Source of the DNA: Lama glama
Taxonomy: Eukaryota
Assembly (NCBI GenBank): GCA_028534125.1
Contig: JAPYYK010000093.1
Span: forward strand, 1,612,001 to 1,676,000
Length of the DNA: 64,000 nt
Reading direction: 5' to 3'
Shown: positions 59,800-64,000 of the stretch, piece after piece
How positions within the stretch are numbered: position 1 is the first letter of the stretch
Layout: each line of letters begins with the position of its first letter
The notes under the pieces: generated by a model
What the model saw: only the letters and a program-made list of their open reading frames with translations
The model's database searches: none
What the model was told of the DNA's origin: nothing
Position numbers and translations under genes: made by a program

Positions 59800-60675
59800 T
59801 TCACCTTGAAATAGGTCCTAAGGAAGGGAACTGGGCTCTGTGTCAAAATGCCTCTATGCTGCTTCTGGCTTAGTTTGCCAGTTTGCATTCCAGATGAAAG
59901 TTAGTTTCCCTTAGACCCCGAAGAACCTGCTTTCTAGTTGTCTAAAATCCATTGTTGCCGCTGAGAAATTGATGCCCATCTGATTCTCAGCTCTTTTGTA
60001 GGTGAAACTCTTGTTTCTCTTGGGACAGTTTTAGGCTGCTTCCTTTGCTCTGGGGCTCCTGTTACTTCCCCTGACGTGTCTGGATGAGAGTTTTTTCCAT
60101 TTGTCTTGCTGGACCCTTATTGGGTCCTTTCAGGGTAAACATGTGAGTCCCCCTTCAGCTCTAGGAACTTTTTTTTTTTCTCTCTCTCTCTTTGATCAAG
60201 TCTTTATTTAAAATTAGCTGTCCAAAACGGGAACTTTCTTGTGTTATCCTTTTGAGAGTCTGCTGCACTCCAGTGTCTCCGGCCGCTCTGGACCACCCGC
60301 AGATCTGATGTCTGACTTGGTTTGGTCCTGTGTATTTTTGGTTTTTTGTACTCTATATTTTGGGAGATTTTCCTTAAATTTTAATTAGAATTTAATTTTT
60401 ATGATATTTTACTTCATCAATCATGTTTTTATTGTGGTAAAATATATGACATAAAATTCACTGTTTTAACCGTTTTTAAGTGAATAATTCTGTGGCATCA
60501 AGTATATTCATATTGTTGTGCAACCATCACCGCTGTTCACCTAGAGAACTTTTTCATCTTCCCCACCTGAAACTCTACCCATTAAACGCCAACTCCATGC
60601 CCCACTCCTACCCCTGGCAGCCACCATTCTACTTTATGTCTCTATCAATTTGACTACTCTAGGACCTTCCTATAG
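59800..60675 (-). mobile_element. L1 fragments
   Basis: 'tttattgtggtaaaatat...catattgttgtgcaaccatcacc...ccaccattctacttt' L1 3' end, plus an older L1-like stretch upstream. Confidence 0.6.
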
Positions 60676-60807
60676 NNNNNNNNNNNNNNNNNNNNNNNNN
60701 NNNNNNNNNNNNNNNNNNNNNNNNNNNNNNNNNNNNNNNNNNNNNNNNNNNNNNNNNNNNNNNNNNNNNNNNNNNNNNNNNNNNNNNNNNNNNNNNNNNN
60801 NNNNNNN
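60676..60807. other. Assembly gap (N run)
   Basis: N run adjacent to an L1. Confidence 0.99.
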
Positions 60808-62879
60808 AATTTCCAAGCCTTCTTTCTTGCTCTCGGAGTGCATCCACTGCAAAATATACTGTCCTTTGTCTTATGGTCTGGCAGTTTTGTTTCTGTTAGG
60901 GTCAGTGTGTATTTATCACAGCCTTTCTCTTGGACTTCCCTCCCATGCCTGGGGGACCTTGGCTACCTGTGGCCCTCTCAGGAGGAGAAACAGAAAAGCT
61001 ACCTGGGAGCCTAACTTATATGGGCAGGATTTGGGGGAGTGTGCGGTCAGCTGGCATCATACCGAGTCTTTGCTGAACCTAGGATGCAGAGGGATTTACT
61101 GTCAGGTCCAATACTGGCTGCCCTAAAATCCCATGGATGGTTTGCCGGTGTCTTTAGGAAAGGCCCTTCTCTTTCTTGGCCCCAGGTAGCAGGCTTGCTA
61201 CCTGGTGCTCTGCCAATGCAGAAATAGGAAGGGATGGAGCCAAGCTCACACATTCCATCAGTACTCCCATTTTCAGGCTTGTTTAATGTGTCTGTAGATC
61301 TAGATCTTTCCTAGTCCTCCCTTGCATTTGTAACCCTCTCCTGGTGGGTTCTGGCTTGATGGGTCTGGTGGTAAGTCTCCTATCCCCTGGCCATGCTCCC
61401 TCCCAGACTGTTTTGGAAATCTACAGAGACTGATGATGGCTGCCCATTCCATTTGTTACAGTAGGATTATCCTACATTCCTGTCATTTTTGGGAGACCTC
61501 AGGAGGTAGCTATCACCCCTAGTACTACAGAGAGGGTGTTTGGAAGACTCCTTTTATCAACCTCAAGAGCCCCTGAGCTTCAAGCTCAAGGGAGTTGGGG
61601 AAGCTTTGCTTAGGACACGTTGTGTAGGACACATTGACTAGCTCCCATGTCACACAGGTGATAGGTCTGCCCAGGGCCTTGATTCAGTTTTGGAAAGGGG
61701 GCTTTGAGTGTCTTGCCTCAATTCCTGAGGACTCTGGCATGAAGCCCTGGGTGAGTATCCCAAAGGTGATGGTATCACCCAGGAGGACCTCAAGCCAGGC
61801 CCTCAACCAGTGAGGGGCGGCACTGGGCCCTAGGCTCTTCCACCTCATCAGACAGACAGAAGGTAGGAAGGAAAATAGTGTTTGAGCTCATGAAAGAAGA
61901 GGGATTCACCAGGAGCTGTCTGAGGGAAAAAGAAGTGTGTTCATACGAGCCAGATGGTGTGGGGGAGTGAGGAAGGCACTGTGAGAACCTCTTGAGTCTT
62001 GAGCTTAATGTTGTGGATGGCCAGGAGGTGTGAGTGAAAAATGCTGGCTTGGCTTGAGTCAAGGCTGGGCACGTGCCATGAGCACCACTGGGCAGGGTCC
62101 GAGGGGATGGCAGCAGGAAACTCTGCTGAGAGCCACCTGGAGGGCAAATGGCTTCCCCCAGCCCGACCCTGCCTGCCTCTTGAGTGCGCCTCTACTGACC
62201 TGGGCCTGGACTTGCTGGGGTTGGTAAATAGCAGTAGAATAACAGATATTACAGAAGATTGGCATGAGTGGTCCTGGCTGCTGCTTTATACTGTGATTCC
62301 CAGAGAGGGAAGCAAAGCAGCCTTTGCTTCCACTTGGAGGCACGAAGAGGGTAGAATTTCCAGGGATCTGGCGAGGGAAAGGAAGAGGTATTCCAGGCCT
62401 TCCAGACTGCTTACCCACCCAAGTCAGTGCAGGCACTTCCCTTTCCCTTGATCTGCACACCCCAGAGGGCTCCTGACCAAGACTAATATCCCCACGGCTC
62501 CTCCCTTGGTCCCTGAGTAGTGAGAGTAGGGCTGTGGGCAGCCCTGAGGGAAGGAAAGAGAGAGAGTGTTCTTGGGGCTGCCCCTGCCACCCTCCGAGTT
62601 CTCTGATCACTGGAGCTAAGGAACCCCACCAGGCCTGGATGAGCTAGAGAAATCTTGCTGGCTGCAGTCATCTGATAGAATTACACCCCTTCACTATTAA
62701 AAAGTAAAAACACATTCATTGTTGAGAATTTGAAAATGTAGACTTATCCCAGCAGTAGTCACCGTTGACCAATAGTAAATTTCCTTCAAGTCCTCTTTCT
62801 GTATGTGGTGAGGTAGACGATATGTATGCACAAATCATGTGATTTGTAGAGGGTTTTTTTCTCTATATGTGGAGGTTTT

Positions 62880-63900
62880 TTTTCTTCCAATTTTATTGTG
62901 GTACAATATATATATAAAATATAAAATTTACCAACATTTTTAAGTGTACAGTTCAGTGGTATTAAATACCTTCATAAAGTTGTACAACTATCACCACCAT
63001 CTGTCCCCAGAATTTTTGTCTTATAAAAAACTTAAACTCTATATCCATTAAATAATAACTCCCCATTTTTCCCCCTTCCCCCAGCCCCTGTCACTATGNN
63101 NNNNNNNNNNNNNNNNNNNNNNNNNNNNNNNNNNNNNNNNNNNNNNNNNNNNNNNNNNNNNNNNNNNNNNNNNNNNNNNNNNNNNNNNNNNNNNNNNNNN
63201 NNNNNNNNNNNNNNNNNNNNNNNNNNNNNNNNNNNNNNNNNNNNNNNNNNNNNNNNNNNNNNNNNNNNNNNNNNNNNNNNNNNNNNNNNNNNNNNNNNNN
63301 NNNNNNNNNNNNNNNNNNNNNNNNNNNNNNNNNNNACTCTGAACACAGGTATACAAATCTCTCTTTAAGATCGTGCTCCCAGTGCTTTTGCATATATACC
63401 CAGATGTTGAATGGCTAGATCATTTAGTAATTCTATTTTTAGTTGCTTGAGAAACAGCCTTTCTGTTGTCCACAGTGGTTGTACCCCTTTACGTTCCCAC
63501 CAGCAGCACATAGGGGTTCCGATTTCACCGCATTCTTTCCAGCAGTTGTTATTTTCTGTTTTTTTGTTAGTAGCCATCCTAATGAGGGTGAGGTGGTGTC
63601 TCATTATAGTTTGATTTGCATTTCCCTAATATTAGTGATTCGGGGCCTCTTTTCTGGTATTAATTGGCCGTTTGTAAATCATCTTGGGAGAAATGTCTAT
63701 TCAAGTCCTTTGCCCATTTTTGATTGGATTGTTTGTTTTTTGTTGTGCTTTGGAAGTTCTCTATATAGTCTGGATTTTAATCCCTCACTAGATACGGCCT
63801 GCAAATATATTCTCCCATTCTGTGCACTGCCTTTTTACTCTGTTGATAGTATCTTTTCATGCACAAAATTTTAAATTTTTGTGAAGTCTAATTTGCCTGT
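62880..63900 (-). mobile_element. L1 3' region (L1MA/MB-like) with a gap
   Basis: 'aagtgtacagttcagtggtattaaatac', 'agtagccatcctaatgagggtgaggtggtgtctcatt', 'gagaaatgtctattcaagtcctttgccca'. Reverse ORF MRHHLTLIRMA...CWKECGEIGT..CWWE resembles the L1 ORF2 C-terminus. Confidence 0.8.
63099..63335. other. Assembly gap (N run)
   Basis: N run inside an L1. Confidence 0.99.
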
Positions 63901-64000
63901 CTTTTCTTTTGTGGACTATTATACAGAGTTTGATGTTGCTTTTTAAATTTAACATATGAACATTTCCCCATATTATTAAGTTTACTCTCTAGTAACAGTA

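Noticed and set aside
1-64000. CRISPR arrays, operons or other prokaryotic systems
   Set aside because: The sequence is clearly mammalian (spliceosomal introns, LINE/SINE elements). The only regular repeats are coding minisatellites and microsatellites, without unique spacers.

Overview
GC-rich mammalian genomic DNA. The tRNA-Ala-like SINEs resemble the camelid Vic-1 family, so the source is probably a camelid (inference). The window matches the MST1R-ACTL11-CAMKV-TRAIP block known from human 3p21.31, with all four genes on the + strand. I reconstructed exons by hand from splice sites and translations. MST1R/RON is complete (20 coding exons, 3594-15904, 1400 aa). ACTL11 is an intact single-exon ORF (23700-27452, 1250 aa; about 900-aa N-terminal extension plus a C-terminal actin fold). 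CAMKV is a complete pseudokinase gene (non-coding exon 1 ending 30940; 10 coding exons 37997-41050, 501 aa; one GC-AG intron). TRAIP exons 1-10 (43948-56405) are present and the gene continues beyond the window. Also present: an SNRPG processed pseudogene in TRAIP intron 1, three SINEs with target-site duplications, LTR/L1/L2/MIR relics, CpG-island promoters and three assembly gaps. I cannot support a wholly new biological system. The most notable observations are: (i) the large intact ACTL11 with a hidden 6-residue periodic segment and altered actin nucleotide-binding residues; (ii) identical RFX X-box 14-mers on both sides of ACTL11, with further X-boxes nearby; (iii) loss of both known short-form RON (sf-RON/sf-Stk) start codons, alongside a strong-context in-frame ATG in exon 10.
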